Notes: generated from the sequence alone by a model not told the origin. Counted from the stretch's first letter, positions 1 to 10,320 are shown. The stretch is 64,000 nt of DNA from Minisyncoccota bacterium (GCA_041651395.1 JBAZJI010000001.1:571920-635919), one strand, 5' to 3'. Numbers and translations: made by a program.

Positions 1-576
1 AAAATGCTCGAACATGCGCGGGCCGAAGAAAAAGCCAGGCAGTCTGCCCAGCAAGGTCTTTTTGGCGGAGGGTCATATAAAGCCAAACAGGTTTCTCTAG
101 ATGATTGCCCGGCTTCCAATAAACAGCAAAACTTAACTTGGGAAAAAGAACTTTTGGGTCTTTATGTTTCGGGCCATATTTTAGAAAAATATCGCAAGGT
201 TTTAGAAAAGCGTGCCGTGCCGATTTCCAAAGTCTGCAAGGAGCTGACTAATGACGAACCGGTAAACTTTTTCACCGCCGGGTTCGAAAAGCGCATTATG
301 GATGGCAGCACGGTCAAGGTGGCCGGCGTGATACACAAAATGAAAAAAATAATCACCAAAAACGGCAAGGCCATGCTCTTCGTAGAAGTAGAAGATTTAA
401 CCAGTAAAATCGAAGTGATTGCCTTCCCTAAAATTTTGGAAGCCAAGCCTGAAGTTTTCAAAGACAATAATATTATCTTGGTTTCGGGCAAGGCGGATAA
501 TAAAGATGGCGTGCCCAAAATTATTGCCAATGATGTTATTTCATTAGTAAAGCCCGAAGATGTGCAGCAAGCATAA
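1..576 (+). CDS. dnaE: DNA polymerase III alpha subunit, C-terminal fragment (5' end outside window)
   Basis: The frame is open from base 1. The tail looks like an OB-fold DnaE C-terminus (LTWEKELLGLYVSGHIL; VKVAGVIHKMKKIITKNGKAMLFVEVEDLTSKIEVIAFPK). A terminator follows. Confidence 0.8.
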   Translation, partial: KMLEHARAEEKARQSAQQGLFGGGSYKAKQVSLDDCPASNKQQNLTWEKELLGLYVSGHILEKYRKVLEKRAVPISKVCKELTNDEPVNFFTAGFEKRIMDGSTVKVAGVIHKMKKIITKNGKAMLFVEVEDLTSKIEVIAFPKILEAKPEVFKDNNIILVSGKADNKDGVPKIIANDVISLVKPEDVQQA

Positions 577-598
577 AAATTCGAGACCGCAAACAAGA

Positions 599-622
599 CC
601 CGCCTTCTGGCGGGCTTTTTTG
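599..622 (+). terminator. Rho-independent terminator after dnaE
   Basis: Hairpin cccgcc-ttct-ggcggg followed by cttttttg. Confidence 0.8.
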
Positions 623-649
623 TAAAATAATAAGTTTGATAGAGTGCTA

Positions 650-678
650 TTGATTTATTATGGGCTTTATGCTATAAT
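650..678 (+). promoter_or_regulatory. Sigma70-type promoter
   Basis: TTGATT (650-655), 17-nt spacer, TATAAT (673-678), upstream of the 754 CDS. Confidence 0.6.
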
Positions 679-753
679 AATATAGTAACCAAAACAGCGG
701 TTATGCTCGATTTTCAAAAAATCGAAATTCAAAACTGTATAAGGAGGAAAATA

Positions 754-978
754 ATGAAGAAAAATTTTGTCTCGTCATTTTTTCTGCTCGGCACAATGTC
801 AGCGGCCAGTTTAGGGCTAATCATTTTAAGATACGCGCAATTTGCTCAATCGATTGGAAGAAGCAATTTATTCTGGCTTGGAATCTTTTTGGCCGTGATC
901 TTCTTCGCCGCTTCAATTGTCAGCCTTACTTTGTTTATTGCTCATCCCAGACATTCTCCGGGATCAGAAGAAAAATAA
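754..978 (+). CDS. Small membrane protein, unknown function
   Basis: SD aaggagg lies 6 nt before ATG 754 (the ORF track starts at 703). Two hydrophobic segments are present. A terminator follows. Confidence 0.6.
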   Translation: MKKNFVSSFFLLGTMSAASLGLIILRYAQFAQSIGRSNLFWLGIFLAVIFFAASIVSLTLFIAHPRHSPGSEEK

Positions 979-998
979 TAAGCTTCTCCTCTAGCAAC

Positions 999-1024
999 CC
1001 CCTGCTTTGCAGGGGTTTTATTTT
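999..1024 (+). terminator. Rho-independent terminator
   Basis: Hairpin cccctgc-ttt-gcagggg followed by ttttatttt. Confidence 0.75.
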
Positions 1025-1032
1025 ACTCACTA

Positions 1033-1061
1033 TTGCTTTTCCTATATATATTTGGTATAAT
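1033..1061 (+). promoter_or_regulatory. Sigma70-type promoter of typA
   Basis: TTGCTT (1033-1038), 17-nt spacer, TATAAT (1056-1061). Confidence 0.55.
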
Positions 1062-1108
1062 ATGAATGATAATTGAGCTGCCAAGCGGCTCTTTTTATTG
1101 CCCTAACT

Positions 1109-2914
1109 ATGGAAATCAGAAATATCGCTATTATCGCGCACGTAGACCACGGCAAAACCGCTTTGACCGATGCCCTCTTGCGCCAAACAGGAATGCTCAA
1201 AGATATCTCCGCGAGTATGGATTCAAACCCGCTTGAAAAAGAAAGGGGCATTACTATTTACGCCAAAAACACTTCTCTTTTTTATAAAGACGTCAAAATC
1301 AATATCGTCGATACTCCCGGCCATGCCGACTTTGGCTCGGAAGTGGAGCGTGTTTTGCGCGCTATTGATAGCGTTATTTTGGTCGTGGACGCCCAAGAAG
1401 GGCCCATGCCCCAGACTAAATTCGTTTTGAAAAAATCCCTGGAATTAGGGCTTAAGTCTATTGTTGTTATTAATAAAATAGATAAACCAGCCGCCCGCCC
1501 CGCCGAGGCCGTGGAGCTTGTCTATGAGCTTTTCTTGGATCTGGGCGCCAATGATGAGCAGCTTAACTTCCCTATCATTTATGCTATTGGCCGCGAAGGT
1601 ATTGCCAAGAAAAATCTAGCTGACCAGAGCAAAGATTTGACGCCCTTATTGGATCTGATTTTAGAAAAAGTAAAACCCGCCGGCGGCAATGAAGAAGCGC
1701 CATTTGCTTTCCAGCCTTTTAACTTGGCTTATGATAATTTCCTGGGCAGGATGGCTGTGGGGCGCGTGCACCAAGGAAAAATTGCACCCAATGCGCCAGT
1801 ATTTGTAAAAACTCCCGAGGGCCATATCCGCCCTGGCACCCTGACCAAAATTTTCACTTTTGAGGGCTCTGACCGCAAAGAAATAAATGAGGCGGTTTCC
1901 GGCGATATTATTATGGTGGCCGGCATTGCCGACATTTATATCGGCGAAACAATTTGTGCAAATGAAGACCAAGCTGCCCTGCCCGCTATCCGCGTAGATG
2001 AGCCGACCGTTTCAGTAAACCTTTTAGTTAATAATTCTCCTTTTGCCGGCAAAGAAGGCAAATTTGTCACCAACCGCCAAATTCGCGATCGCTTAGAAAA
2101 AGAATTGGAAGTTAATGTCGGCCTTAAGGTTGATTTTGGCGCCAATGATTACTATAAAGTTTTTGGCCGTGGCGAAATGCACATTGCCATCCTTTTAGAG
2201 AATATGCGCCGCGAGGGCTTTGAAATGCAAGTCAGCCAGCCACAAGTGGTTATCAAAGAAGTTAATGGCGAAAAATGCGAACCATTTGAAGAGGTAACCA
2301 TCACTACGCCCAATGAATATACCGGAACCATCATCGAAAAAATGGCCAAGCGCAAAGGCCTCATGAAAGAAATGAAACCCGAGCATGGGCATATGAAATT
2401 GGTTTTTGAAATTCCTACCCGCGGCTATTTGGGCTATCATAGCGCTTTTATGACTGATACGCATGGCGAGGGCATTATGTGTTCGCAGTTTTTAGGCTTC
2501 CGCCCCCATGCGGGAAAAATCGAAAAACGTGACTTTGGTTCTATGGTCTCTATGGAAAACGGCACGACCACTGGCTATTCCCTTTTTAATTTACAAGAAC
2601 GCGGCTCCCTTTATGTAGGCCCGGGCGTTGAAGTTTATGAAGGTATGGTTATCGGCAATACTTCCCGCGGCAATGAAATGGCCGTTAACCCGGTCAGAGG
2701 CAAACATTTAACCAACTTTCGCGATGCCGACGCTGATAAAGCCATTATCCTGGAATCCCCGCTTATTCTCTCCTTGGAGCGCGGCTTAGAATGGATGGGT
2801 GATGACGAATATTTAGAAATCACTCCGCAGAACATTAGGCTGCGCAAACAGATTTTACGCGAAGCCCTGCGCTCGTCAAAAGCCCGGCAAGAAAAAAATG
2901 CTCAAGCTTCCTAA
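1109..2914 (+). CDS. typA: Translational GTPase TypA/BipA
   Basis: Shows IRNIAIIAHVDHGKTALTD (G1), DTPGHADF (G3) and NKIDK (G4), and is collinear with BipA over the full length. ATG 1109 is preferred over TTG 1073. Confidence 0.93.
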   Translation: MEIRNIAIIAHVDHGKTALTDALLRQTGMLKDISASMDSNPLEKERGITIYAKNTSLFYKDVKINIVDTPGHADFGSEVERVLRAIDSVILVVDAQEGPMPQTKFVLKKSLELGLKSIVVINKIDKPAARPAEAVELVYELFLDLGANDEQLNFPIIYAIGREGIAKKNLADQSKDLTPLLDLILEKVKPAGGNEEAPFAFQPFNLAYDNFLGRMAVGRVHQGKIAPNAPVFVKTPEGHIRPGTLTKIFTFEGSDRKEINEAVSGDIIMVAGIADIYIGETICANEDQAALPAIRVDEPTVSVNLLVNNSPFAGKEGKFVTNRQIRDRLEKELEVNVGLKVDFGANDYYKVFGRGEMHIAILLENMRREGFEMQVSQPQVVIKEVNGEKCEPFEEVTITTPNEYTGTIIEKMAKRKGLMKEMKPEHGHMKLVFEIPTRGYLGYHSAFMTDTHGEGIMCSQFLGFRPHAGKIEKRDFGSMVSMENGTTTGYSLFNLQERGSLYVGPGVEVYEGMVIGNTSRGNEMAVNPVRGKHLTNFRDADADKAIILESPLILSLERGLEWMGDDEYLEITPQNIRLRKQILREALRSSKARQEKNAQAS

Positions 2915-2920
2915 ATAAAA

Positions 2921-2936
2921 AGGCCCGCAAGGGCCT
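2921..2936. terminator. Bidirectional terminator hairpin between convergent genes
   Basis: aggccc-gcaa-gggcct flanked by an A-run and a T-run. Confidence 0.7.
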
Positions 2937-2941
2937 TTTAG

Positions 2942-3244
2942 CTAATTATTGCAACCAATGGGAATGACTTGCCGCTCCTTCAGATCGTAAACACCAAGCT
3001 CGTCGCAGGGTATATCAACATCAAATCCAGATCCCGGATCCTTTTTGACATAAACCCTATACCAATGTTTCTCCGGGATATTGGTATCATTGGTATCTTT
3101 CAAATCTGCTTGTTCAAAAGTTTTTGCCTCGGAAACGCAAATGGCAACATCTTGCGGGCAAACCTCATAAACTCTTTGGTCGGCAAGGCGAAAAACCTTG
3201 ACCTTCAAAATCCTGACCATTTTCCCCATTAATGGAATTGGCAT
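2942..3244 (-). CDS. Hypothetical small protein (100 aa)
   Basis: Minus-strand SD agggggtgg lies 3-4 nt before ATG 3244. I recognise no family. The antisense ORF 2969-3232 looks like junk. Confidence 0.55.
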   Translation of the reverse strand: MPIPLMGKMVRILKVKVFRLADQRVYEVCPQDVAICVSEAKTFEQADLKDTNDTNIPEKHWYRVYVKKDPGSGFDVDIPCDELGVYDLKERQVIPIGCNN

Positions 3245-3314
3245 ATTCCACCCCCTTTCGATTGAAATTACTATTTATATTATGATTATTTATTTTTGAA
3301 TTGTCAATATTTGC

Positions 3315-3342
3315 TTGAAAAAATGATATTTTTTTGTATAAT
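3315..3342 (+). promoter_or_regulatory. Sigma70-type promoter of thrS
   Basis: TTGAAA (3315-3320), 16-nt spacer, TATAAT (3337-3342). Confidence 0.5.
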
Positions 3343-3359
3343 TTAGCCAGCGATATAAT

Positions 3360-5108
3360 ATGTCTGATATTCAAACAAAAAGGCACTCTCTGGCCCATAT
3401 AATGGCTGAAGCCGTAAGCGAGCTTTATCCTAAGACCAAAATAGCTATCGGCCCGGATATTGAGCACGGCTTTTACTATGATTTTGATTTTACTGAATCC
3501 GGGAGCCAGCCAACCCTGGAAGATTTACCAAAAATCGAAGGAAAAATGCGCGAGCTGATTGCCAAGGGTAATAATTTTTCCCGCAAAGTCGTTTCTAAAA
3601 AAGAAGCTTTGGAGCTTTTCAAAGAAGAGCCATACAAAACCGAACTGATTAATGAGCTGCCCGAAGGCGAAGAAATCAGCATTTATACCAGTGGAAATTT
3701 CACCGATCTCTGCCGCGGCCCGCATATTGAAAATACTAAGGAAATTGATCCTCAATCTTTTAAGTTGGCGAAAATTGCCGGCGCCTATTGGCGTGGAGAT
3801 GAGCACAACAAAATGCTCACCCGCATTTATGCCTATGCATTTGAAAATAAAACTGAGCTAGATGACTTTTTGAAAAAGTTGGAAGAGGCGGAAAAGCGCG
3901 ACCATAGAACCCTGGGGCAAAAATTAGACTTGTTCCACTTTGATGAGGAAATCGGCCCTGGCCTTATTTTATGGCATCCCAATGGTGCCATGCTTAAGCG
4001 CACTATTGAGAATTATGCCATTGATAAATATTTAGCTAGCGGCTACCAGCTCTTGAGCACTCCCCATATTGCCAAACTCGATCTCTGGAAAACTTCCGGA
4101 CATGCCGGTTTTTATAATGCCAGCATGTTCCCGTCTTTTAACCTTTCATCCAAAGACGAAGGCGAAAAAGTAGACTACCAGCTTAAGCCAATGAATTGCC
4201 CTTTTCACATCGCAGTTTATAAACACGCTTTGCACTCTTACAAAGAGCTGCCTATCCGCTACACTGAACTGGGCACGGTTTACCGCTATGAAAAGTCTGG
4301 CACTTTACATGGCTTAACTCGCGTGCGCGGCTTCACCCAAGATGATGCCCATATTTTCTGCACCAAAGAACAAATTGACAGTGAAATCCATCAATTAATG
4401 GATCTTACTTTCTCCATCCTTAGAGATTTTGGCTTTAAGGATTTTAATGTTTATCTCTCCACCAAGCCCGAAGACTCAATCGGCGAAGCGGCTATCTGGG
4501 AAATGGCCCAAACCGCTCTACGGACGGCTTTGGATAAAATTGTCGACAAATATGAAGTTGATGAAGGTGGCGGCGCTTTCTACGGCCCCAAAATCGATAT
4601 AAAAATTAAAGACGCTTTGGATAGAGAATGGCAATGCACGACTATTCAAGTCGATTTCCAATTACCCGAACGCTTTGATTTGCACTATATTAATGACAAG
4701 GGTGAAAAAGTCCGACCCATCATGATCCACCGCGCGCTTTTGGGCTCTATTGAACGTTTTATCGGCGTGCTCTTGGAATACCATGCCGGCAATTTGCCGC
4801 TGTGGCTGGCGCCAGAGCAAGTGCGTATTTTACCCATCAATGACAAAATACTTGGTTATGCTAATGAAATAGCTGCCACCTTACGCCAAAACGGCTTAAA
4901 AGTTTCTATTGATGAAAGTATAGAATCTATTGGTAAAAAAATCCGTAATGGCGAAACGCACCGAATTCCCTATTTGCTAGTGGTAGGCGCCAAAGAAGCT
5001 GAGGCCAAAACCGTGGCCGTGCGCAAGCGCAACGAAGGCGATAAAGGCGCGATGCCCCTCCAAGATTTCATGGAAATAGCTAAAAAAGAAATTGCGGAAA
5101 AAATTTGA
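3360..5108 (+). CDS. thrS: Threonyl-tRNA synthetase (no N-terminal TGS domain)
   Basis: Starts at the editing-domain RHSLAHIMAEAV motif. Class II core motifs are present (YRYEKSGTLHGLTRVRGFTQDDAHIF; GGGAFYGPKID), followed by an anticodon-binding tail. Confidence 0.93.
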   Translation: MSDIQTKRHSLAHIMAEAVSELYPKTKIAIGPDIEHGFYYDFDFTESGSQPTLEDLPKIEGKMRELIAKGNNFSRKVVSKKEALELFKEEPYKTELINELPEGEEISIYTSGNFTDLCRGPHIENTKEIDPQSFKLAKIAGAYWRGDEHNKMLTRIYAYAFENKTELDDFLKKLEEAEKRDHRTLGQKLDLFHFDEEIGPGLILWHPNGAMLKRTIENYAIDKYLASGYQLLSTPHIAKLDLWKTSGHAGFYNASMFPSFNLSSKDEGEKVDYQLKPMNCPFHIAVYKHALHSYKELPIRYTELGTVYRYEKSGTLHGLTRVRGFTQDDAHIFCTKEQIDSEIHQLMDLTFSILRDFGFKDFNVYLSTKPEDSIGEAAIWEMAQTALRTALDKIVDKYEVDEGGGAFYGPKIDIKIKDALDREWQCTTIQVDFQLPERFDLHYINDKGEKVRPIMIHRALLGSIERFIGVLLEYHAGNLPLWLAPEQVRILPINDKILGYANEIAATLRQNGLKVSIDESIESIGKKIRNGETHRIPYLLVVGAKEAEAKTVAVRKRNEGDKGAMPLQDFMEIAKKEIAEKI

Positions 5109-5118
5109 TAATAAAAAT

Positions 5119-5141
5119 GCCCAGCAAACTGGGCGTTTTTA
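5119..5141 (+). terminator. Rho-independent terminator after thrS
   Basis: gcccag-caaa-ctgggc followed by gttttta. Confidence 0.8.
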
Positions 5142-5184
5142 TTATCCTTCACTTTTTGCCATTTAATGGTATAGTCTGTTAGCC

Positions 5185-6507
5185 ATGGAAACCTACCATA
5201 TCCAAACTTATGGCTGCGCCATGAATGCTTCGGATAGCGAGCGGATTGCCGCCGTTTTGGAGGGCGCCGGCTTTACAAAAGCCTCAAACGAAAATGAGGC
5301 TGTTTTGGTAGTAGTTAACATGTGCTCTATCAGGCAATCAGCTGTGGATAGGGTTTTTGCCTTAGCGAATAAGATACGCAAAGCCAATCCAAGCGCTAAA
5401 TTGCTTTTAACCGGCTGTATTGTCAAAAAAGATTTGGCAAAGTTCGCCCTTAAATACAATTTTGTTTTGCCTATTAAATCTTTAGCTAGATGGCCCAAGA
5501 TTTTAGGGAAGGAAAAGCATTTCGGTTTCTCCGAGGAAAGGCGCATGCAAGAAAATGAGCTGCTTAATATCGGCTATCTAAAAACTCAGCCCAAATACTC
5601 CAAGCAGTTTTCCGTATGTATTCCTATTTCCTATGGTTGCGATAATTTCTGCACCTATTGCGTCGTGCCTTATACCCGCGGCCCCTTGGTCTGCCGTAGT
5701 TTTAATGACATTGTCAAAGAAGCAAAACAAGTGGTTAAAAATGGCACTAAGGAAATTTGGCTTTTAGGACAGAATGTTAATGATTATAAATCAGGCAAAA
5801 AAGACTTTGCGGACTTAATACAAGAGATTAATAAAATACCCGGGGACTTTTGGGTCCGCTTCACTAGCCCCCATCCCGCCCAAGTCAATGCAAAATTCAT
5901 TGAAACTTTGGCCAAGGCCGAAAAATTTACACCCTACCTTAATTTGCCAGTGCAATCTGGAGACGACCAAATCTTAAAAGCCATGAATAGGCCATATACC
6001 GTGGCCAAGTATTTAGACTTAATAAAGAGGCTGCGTGGCGCATTTATAAAATATCGCCAAGGCCCGGAAAAAACCATAGCCATTTCCACTGATACGATTG
6101 TGGGATTCCCTAAAGAAAGCGAAAAACAGTTTAATAATACCTGCAAGCTTTACCGCAAGGTAAAATTTGATATGGCCTATTTGGCTGAATATTCCCCCAG
6201 ACAAGGCACGCCAGCAGCTAAAAACGACAACATAAAAAACTCGGTCAAAAAAGCCCGTTACGACAAACTCAATAAAATTCTCGGACAGACTGTTTTAGCT
6301 AATAACAAACGCTTTGTTGGCAAAACTTTAACCGCCTTAGTCTTTGACAAAAAAGAAGGCAAAAACATTTATTTTGCAAAAACCCGCCATTACACCACGG
6401 TTGTCTTTGAATCTGACAAAAATTTAGTCGGGCAATTTGTTGATCTAAAAATTCAAAAAGCCGAATCTTTCGTACTTAAAGGTGAAATTACCAAACAAAA
6501 TGATTAA
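5185..6507 (+). CDS. miaB: tRNA methylthiotransferase, MiaB family (radical SAM)
   Basis: N-terminal UPF0004 block (HIQTYGCAMNASDSE), radical-SAM CDNFCTYCVVP and a C-terminal TRAM-like tail. It sits directly upstream of miaA. Confidence 0.88.
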   Translation: METYHIQTYGCAMNASDSERIAAVLEGAGFTKASNENEAVLVVVNMCSIRQSAVDRVFALANKIRKANPSAKLLLTGCIVKKDLAKFALKYNFVLPIKSLARWPKILGKEKHFGFSEERRMQENELLNIGYLKTQPKYSKQFSVCIPISYGCDNFCTYCVVPYTRGPLVCRSFNDIVKEAKQVVKNGTKEIWLLGQNVNDYKSGKKDFADLIQEINKIPGDFWVRFTSPHPAQVNAKFIETLAKAEKFTPYLNLPVQSGDDQILKAMNRPYTVAKYLDLIKRLRGAFIKYRQGPEKTIAISTDTIVGFPKESEKQFNNTCKLYRKVKFDMAYLAEYSPRQGTPAAKNDNIKNSVKKARYDKLNKILGQTVLANNKRFVGKTLTALVFDKKEGKNIYFAKTRHYTTVVFESDKNLVGQFVDLKIQKAESFVLKGEITKQND

Positions 6508-7390
6508 ACAATTGCCAAAAATCATCGTAATCCTCGGGCCCACGGCCAGCGGCAAAACCGACCTATCTGTTAAGCTTGCCCAAAAATTTAAGGGCGAAAT
6601 CGTTTCCGCTGATTCGCGCCAAATTTACAAATACCTTGATTTAGGGACAGGCAAAATCACAAAAAATGAGATGGAGGGTATACCCCACCATCTCTTGGAT
6701 ATAATTCTACCCAGCAAGAAGTATTCCTCCGGCCAGTATCAAAAAAAAGCCTATCAGGCGATTGATAAGATAATTAAAGCCAAAAAAATTCCCTTTTTAG
6801 TCGGGGGCTCAGCCTTTTATTTATATTCCGTGGCGGACGGCTGGGAATTCCCTAAAACCAAAACTGATTGGAAACTCCGCAAGGAATTGGAGAAAAAAAC
6901 TACCGATGAACTTTTGGAAATGCTCATCGGCATGGATCCAAAGCGAGCACAAGCCATTGAACAAAAAAATCCGCGCCGTCTTATTAGAGCCATTGAGATA
7001 GCCACTCAACTGGGCAGCGTGCCGGAACGGAAAAATAATCCAAAGTATGATAGTCTCTTTATCGGAATAAAAAGAAGCGATGATGAGCTTAAAACTTTGA
7101 TAAAAAATCGCATTTATGTGCGTGTCCAAAAAGGGATGATAAAGGAGGTGGAAAATCTCATTAAAAAGAAAATCCTCACTCATAAGCGCGCCCAAGAATT
7201 AGGTTTGGAATACAAATGGATATCCAGTTTGCTTAAAGAAGAAATTGGCCAAGACCAAATGGTTGAAGGGCTAACATCTGATATTTGGAAATTTTCCCGG
7301 CACCAAATGAATTGGTTTAATAAAGACAAGCGCATCCTCTGGGTTAAAAACCAAAAAGAAGCCGAAAATTTGATAAAAAAATTTATATAA
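6500..7390 (+). CDS. miaA: tRNA dimethylallyltransferase
   Basis: IIVILGPTASGKTDLSVKLA P-loop and SADSRQIYKYLDLGTGKIT. ATG 6500 overlaps the miaB stop (the ORF track has GTG 6482). Confidence 0.92.
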   Translation: MIKQLPKIIVILGPTASGKTDLSVKLAQKFKGEIVSADSRQIYKYLDLGTGKITKNEMEGIPHHLLDIILPSKKYSSGQYQKKAYQAIDKIIKAKKIPFLVGGSAFYLYSVADGWEFPKTKTDWKLRKELEKKTTDELLEMLIGMDPKRAQAIEQKNPRRLIRAIEIATQLGSVPERKNNPKYDSLFIGIKRSDDELKTLIKNRIYVRVQKGMIKEVENLIKKKILTHKRAQELGLEYKWISSLLKEEIGQDQMVEGLTSDIWKFSRHQMNWFNKDKRILWVKNQKEAENLIKKFI

Positions 7391-7396
7391 AAAGAA

Positions 7397-7417
7397 GGGG
7401 CGCATCGCGCCCCTTTT
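7397..7417. terminator. Bidirectional terminator hairpin
   Basis: ggggcgc-atc-gcgcccc followed by tttt, between convergent genes. Confidence 0.8.
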
Positions 7418-7435
7418 GGGTATCAAGAAAGAGTC

Positions 7436-8281
7436 TTACTCGCAAGCTCCCGGTACATTAGCTATGGTGCTTGCCATTTTTACCGTCCAGATCGTCTTTC
7501 GAAAATTTGTCGCTTGAATGGAAATAGTATATTCCCTATCCGGCTCCAAACCATAAAAATCGATTTGAACTTCTCCGTTTACTGCGCACGCCTCTACGCT
7601 TTTAGCGCTTCCTTCTTTTCCGCTAATTGTTGCATTTAAGGCTACAATCTCTCCGCTTGTAACTCCCTCAAACCTGACAAATAAATAAAGGGATTTGGAG
7701 TGGCAAGAAATTCCAAATGTCTGGAAATTCAGCGGATCACTGAGGTCATTATAAATCCTCCAATCACAGTTCTGGCACCATACCAAGGGCTCATGATTTG
7801 TCCAGCTCAAACAATCCTTGCCAAGCCAGAAAACCTTTTTATCCTCCTTGCTATAGGCGTAAACGTTACCCGGAAACGAGGCGTGGAGCTTGAAGGTATA
7901 TTTATACCTTGAAGGATTCACACCATAAATTTCCCGGGCAATCCGGTCATTATCGATAGCCTTGCCCGCATTGAGCAAATACATATCAATAACTTCCCAT
8001 TTCTTGCTGGTCGCGTCAAAACGTTCGACCCTTACCTCTAGGTAAAAATCAACCGGAAGCGGCGCACCGTACGTGTTAACTGGGCAGACATATTCTTCGT
8101 GAGTCAGCAGATTTGCTGAAACAACAATCGCGTCGTCGTAACCCTCAAGCATTTGCACTTCAATCTTAGAGATCGAAATTGCCTGCCTCGGGTCAGACGG
8201 CCCGCTTGCCTTCACAAAGGAAAGGCCAAAAGCGCACACCAATACTGCGACAGCAACACATACTAAAGCTTTTTTCATCAA
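7436..8281 (-). CDS. Secreted hypothetical protein
   Basis: Signal peptide MMKKALVCVAVAVLVCAFGLSFVKA. No family recognised. Confidence 0.65.
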   Translation of the reverse strand: MMKKALVCVAVAVLVCAFGLSFVKASGPSDPRQAISISKIEVQMLEGYDDAIVVSANLLTHEEYVCPVNTYGAPLPVDFYLEVRVERFDATSKKWEVIDMYLLNAGKAIDNDRIAREIYGVNPSRYKYTFKLHASFPGNVYAYSKEDKKVFWLGKDCLSWTNHEPLVWCQNCDWRIYNDLSDPLNFQTFGISCHSKSLYLFVRFEGVTSGEIVALNATISGKEGSAKSVEACAVNGEVQIDFYGLEPDREYTISIQATNFRKTIWTVKMASTIANVPGACE

Positions 8282-8399
8282 AAACTCCTCCTTATGAAAT
8301 TGTTGTACTATCAGGCTTTACCCAATAGCAACAGCCAACTTAAATGTTGACTGTATATATATTATAGCACATATATTCTAAAAAGTCAATAGGTAAACC

Positions 8400-9230
8400 T
8401 TATTTCCCTATTAGCCTTCCCAAAGCGGGATTTAGATTCCCGGAGAGTAATTGCAGGGGCATATCTACTACGCTTATACCTTGGGCAAAAGGCGCAACTT
8501 GATAAGGATTAAAAAATATCAAAGCTGAGCTGCCGGAGAACCCAATGACAGAAAAATTCTCCACGGTGGGCTGCGTGCCCTCAATTATCCAATTTTTGAC
8601 ATCAACTGGCGCGCCTTCATTTTGGGCCAAAAGCGATTTAGCGCAAAACTTTGATATTTCTTCCTTCCAAGGCCCGGAAAAAATTTCCTCCAGCGCCAGC
8701 TCCTTGCCGTTCTGCAAATCTAAATTGACGACAAATACATAACCATTGGGATGGGCGCCCCCCGCCTGATATTGCGAAACATTAAATTTAATACTGGCAA
8801 AGGAATCACTAATCTTTAGGATTTCGTAATCGATAGTCAGCTCGCTTTTTTCCCCGGAGGCAATGGAAAATTTTTCACTATCCTTCTCATTTTCAACAAA
8901 ATCCGTTTTAGCCGCCAAAACCCGATTTTTAAGCGCCTCATTTGCCGCCTTAATAGCCGCGCTTGGGGAAATTATTTCCGGATAGCTAATTTTAATCGCA
9001 TAGAGCGCTCCGCTTTCCTCTAGCTTAAGTTCCCGGGTTTGAGCGATAGGCACTTTATCAGCCGAAGCGCTAAGCTTGGCTGGAGGTAAATTATTGACGG
9101 TCTTCTGGCGACTTTTGATTTCCAAAACAATATAAAATACAGCAATCAGTAAAATGGCAATGATTAAAACCGGAAGGGCCTGTTTTATTTTGAAATCTTT
9201 GGGATGCCTGCCCATACCCAAGTTTAGCAA
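8400..9230 (-). CDS. Membrane-anchored DUF3298/RsiV-like domain protein
   Basis: An N-terminal TM segment, then YQAGGAHPNGYVFVVNLDLQNGKELALEEIF, which resembles the DUF3298 core. The start could also be the internal Met at codon 6. Confidence 0.55.
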   Translation of the reverse strand: MLNLGMGRHPKDFKIKQALPVLIIAILLIAVFYIVLEIKSRQKTVNNLPPAKLSASADKVPIAQTRELKLEESGALYAIKISYPEIISPSAAIKAANEALKNRVLAAKTDFVENEKDSEKFSIASGEKSELTIDYEILKISDSFASIKFNVSQYQAGGAHPNGYVFVVNLDLQNGKELALEEIFSGPWKEEISKFCAKSLLAQNEGAPVDVKNWIIEGTQPTVENFSVIGFSGSSALIFFNPYQVAPFAQGISVVDMPLQLLSGNLNPALGRLIGK

Positions 9231-9307
9231 AAACCAAGGCGCGCCACATAGTGGAAAAGTTTTTTGGGCCAGGGCCGAGGTTTGCGTTATAATAGCAATG
9301 CCAACTT

Positions 9308-10225
9308 ATGCTTAACAATAAGAACAACCCGGTGTTGATTCCAGCTGATGTCCCCTCTGACAAGGAGTGGGAATATTCGCACAATTATAAGGAGATTACC
9401 AAAGGGTCGGGACGGCTCATGCTTTTTGCCGGCGATCAAAAAATCGAACACATGAACGGCGATTTTTTTGGCCCCGGAATTGCCAGTGAGGATAGCGACC
9501 CGGAGCATCTGTTTAGGATAGCCTCTAAAGCCAATATCGGGGCCTTTGCTACCCAGTTGGGGCTGATTGCTAAATACGGGAAAAACTATAAAAATATCCC
9601 CTACATTGTCAAACTGAATTCCAAGACCAATCTTATCCCCTCTAGTGAGCTGGAGCCTTTTTCGGAATTACTTTGGACGATTGAGCAAGTATCCGAATTC
9701 AAGCGCCAATCCGGGTTAAAAATTTGCGGCGTAGGTTATACGCTTTATCCGGGCAGCCAATTTGAATCTGAAATGTTAAAAACTGCCGCCCAAGTTATTT
9801 TCCAGGCCCATCAAAAAGGCTTGGTTGTCGTGCTCTGGATATATCCACGCGGGCAAGCCATAAAGGAGGAGCTCGATCCCCATCTTGTAGCTGGCTGTGC
9901 CGGAATCGGGGCCTGCCTTGGGGCGGATTTCTTGAAGGTTAATGCTCCGCAAGCTCCCGGGAAGCAACTAAAAGAAATTTTTGCCGAGGCCGTCAAGGCC
10001 GCGGGCCGGAGTAAAATAATTTGTGCTGGCGGCCAATGCTGCGACGAAAAGGAATTTTTAACAACGCTAAAAGAGCAGCTAGAGGCTGGAGCTATGGGCA
10101 ATGCCACAGGGCGCAACATCCACCAAAAACCGCTAGAAGAGGCTATAAAATTTTGCAATGCCATTTATACTTTAGTCATTGAAGGCAAAAGCGTGGCCGA
10201 TGCCTTAAAATTGCTAAGTAAATAA
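9308..10225 (+). CDS. Class I fructose-bisphosphate aldolase, DhnA/FbaB (DeoC/LacD) family
   Basis: GADFLKVN Schiff-base lysine block, length around 300 aa, TIM-barrel pattern. TATAAT at 9288-9293. Confidence 0.7.
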   Translation: MLNNKNNPVLIPADVPSDKEWEYSHNYKEITKGSGRLMLFAGDQKIEHMNGDFFGPGIASEDSDPEHLFRIASKANIGAFATQLGLIAKYGKNYKNIPYIVKLNSKTNLIPSSELEPFSELLWTIEQVSEFKRQSGLKICGVGYTLYPGSQFESEMLKTAAQVIFQAHQKGLVVVLWIYPRGQAIKEELDPHLVAGCAGIGACLGADFLKVNAPQAPGKQLKEIFAEAVKAAGRSKIICAGGQCCDEKEFLTTLKEQLEAGAMGNATGRNIHQKPLEEAIKFCNAIYTLVIEGKSVADALKLLSK

Positions 10226-10247
10226 TATTTATCATTACTATCAAAAA

Positions 10248-10274
10248 ACCCGCGCGCTCTGTGCGGGTTTTTTG
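10248..10274 (+). terminator. Rho-independent terminator
   Basis: acccgc-(9 nt)-gcgggt followed by tttttg. Confidence 0.7.
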
Positions 10275-10320
10275 CTTAAACCCATTAGACAATGGTTGAA
10301 GGAAATTATATAATGCCATT

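Noticed and set aside
6482-6507. miaB-miaA overlap as something unusual
   Set aside because: Consecutive enzymes of the ms2i6A37 pathway being translationally coupled is expected biology and is not novel.
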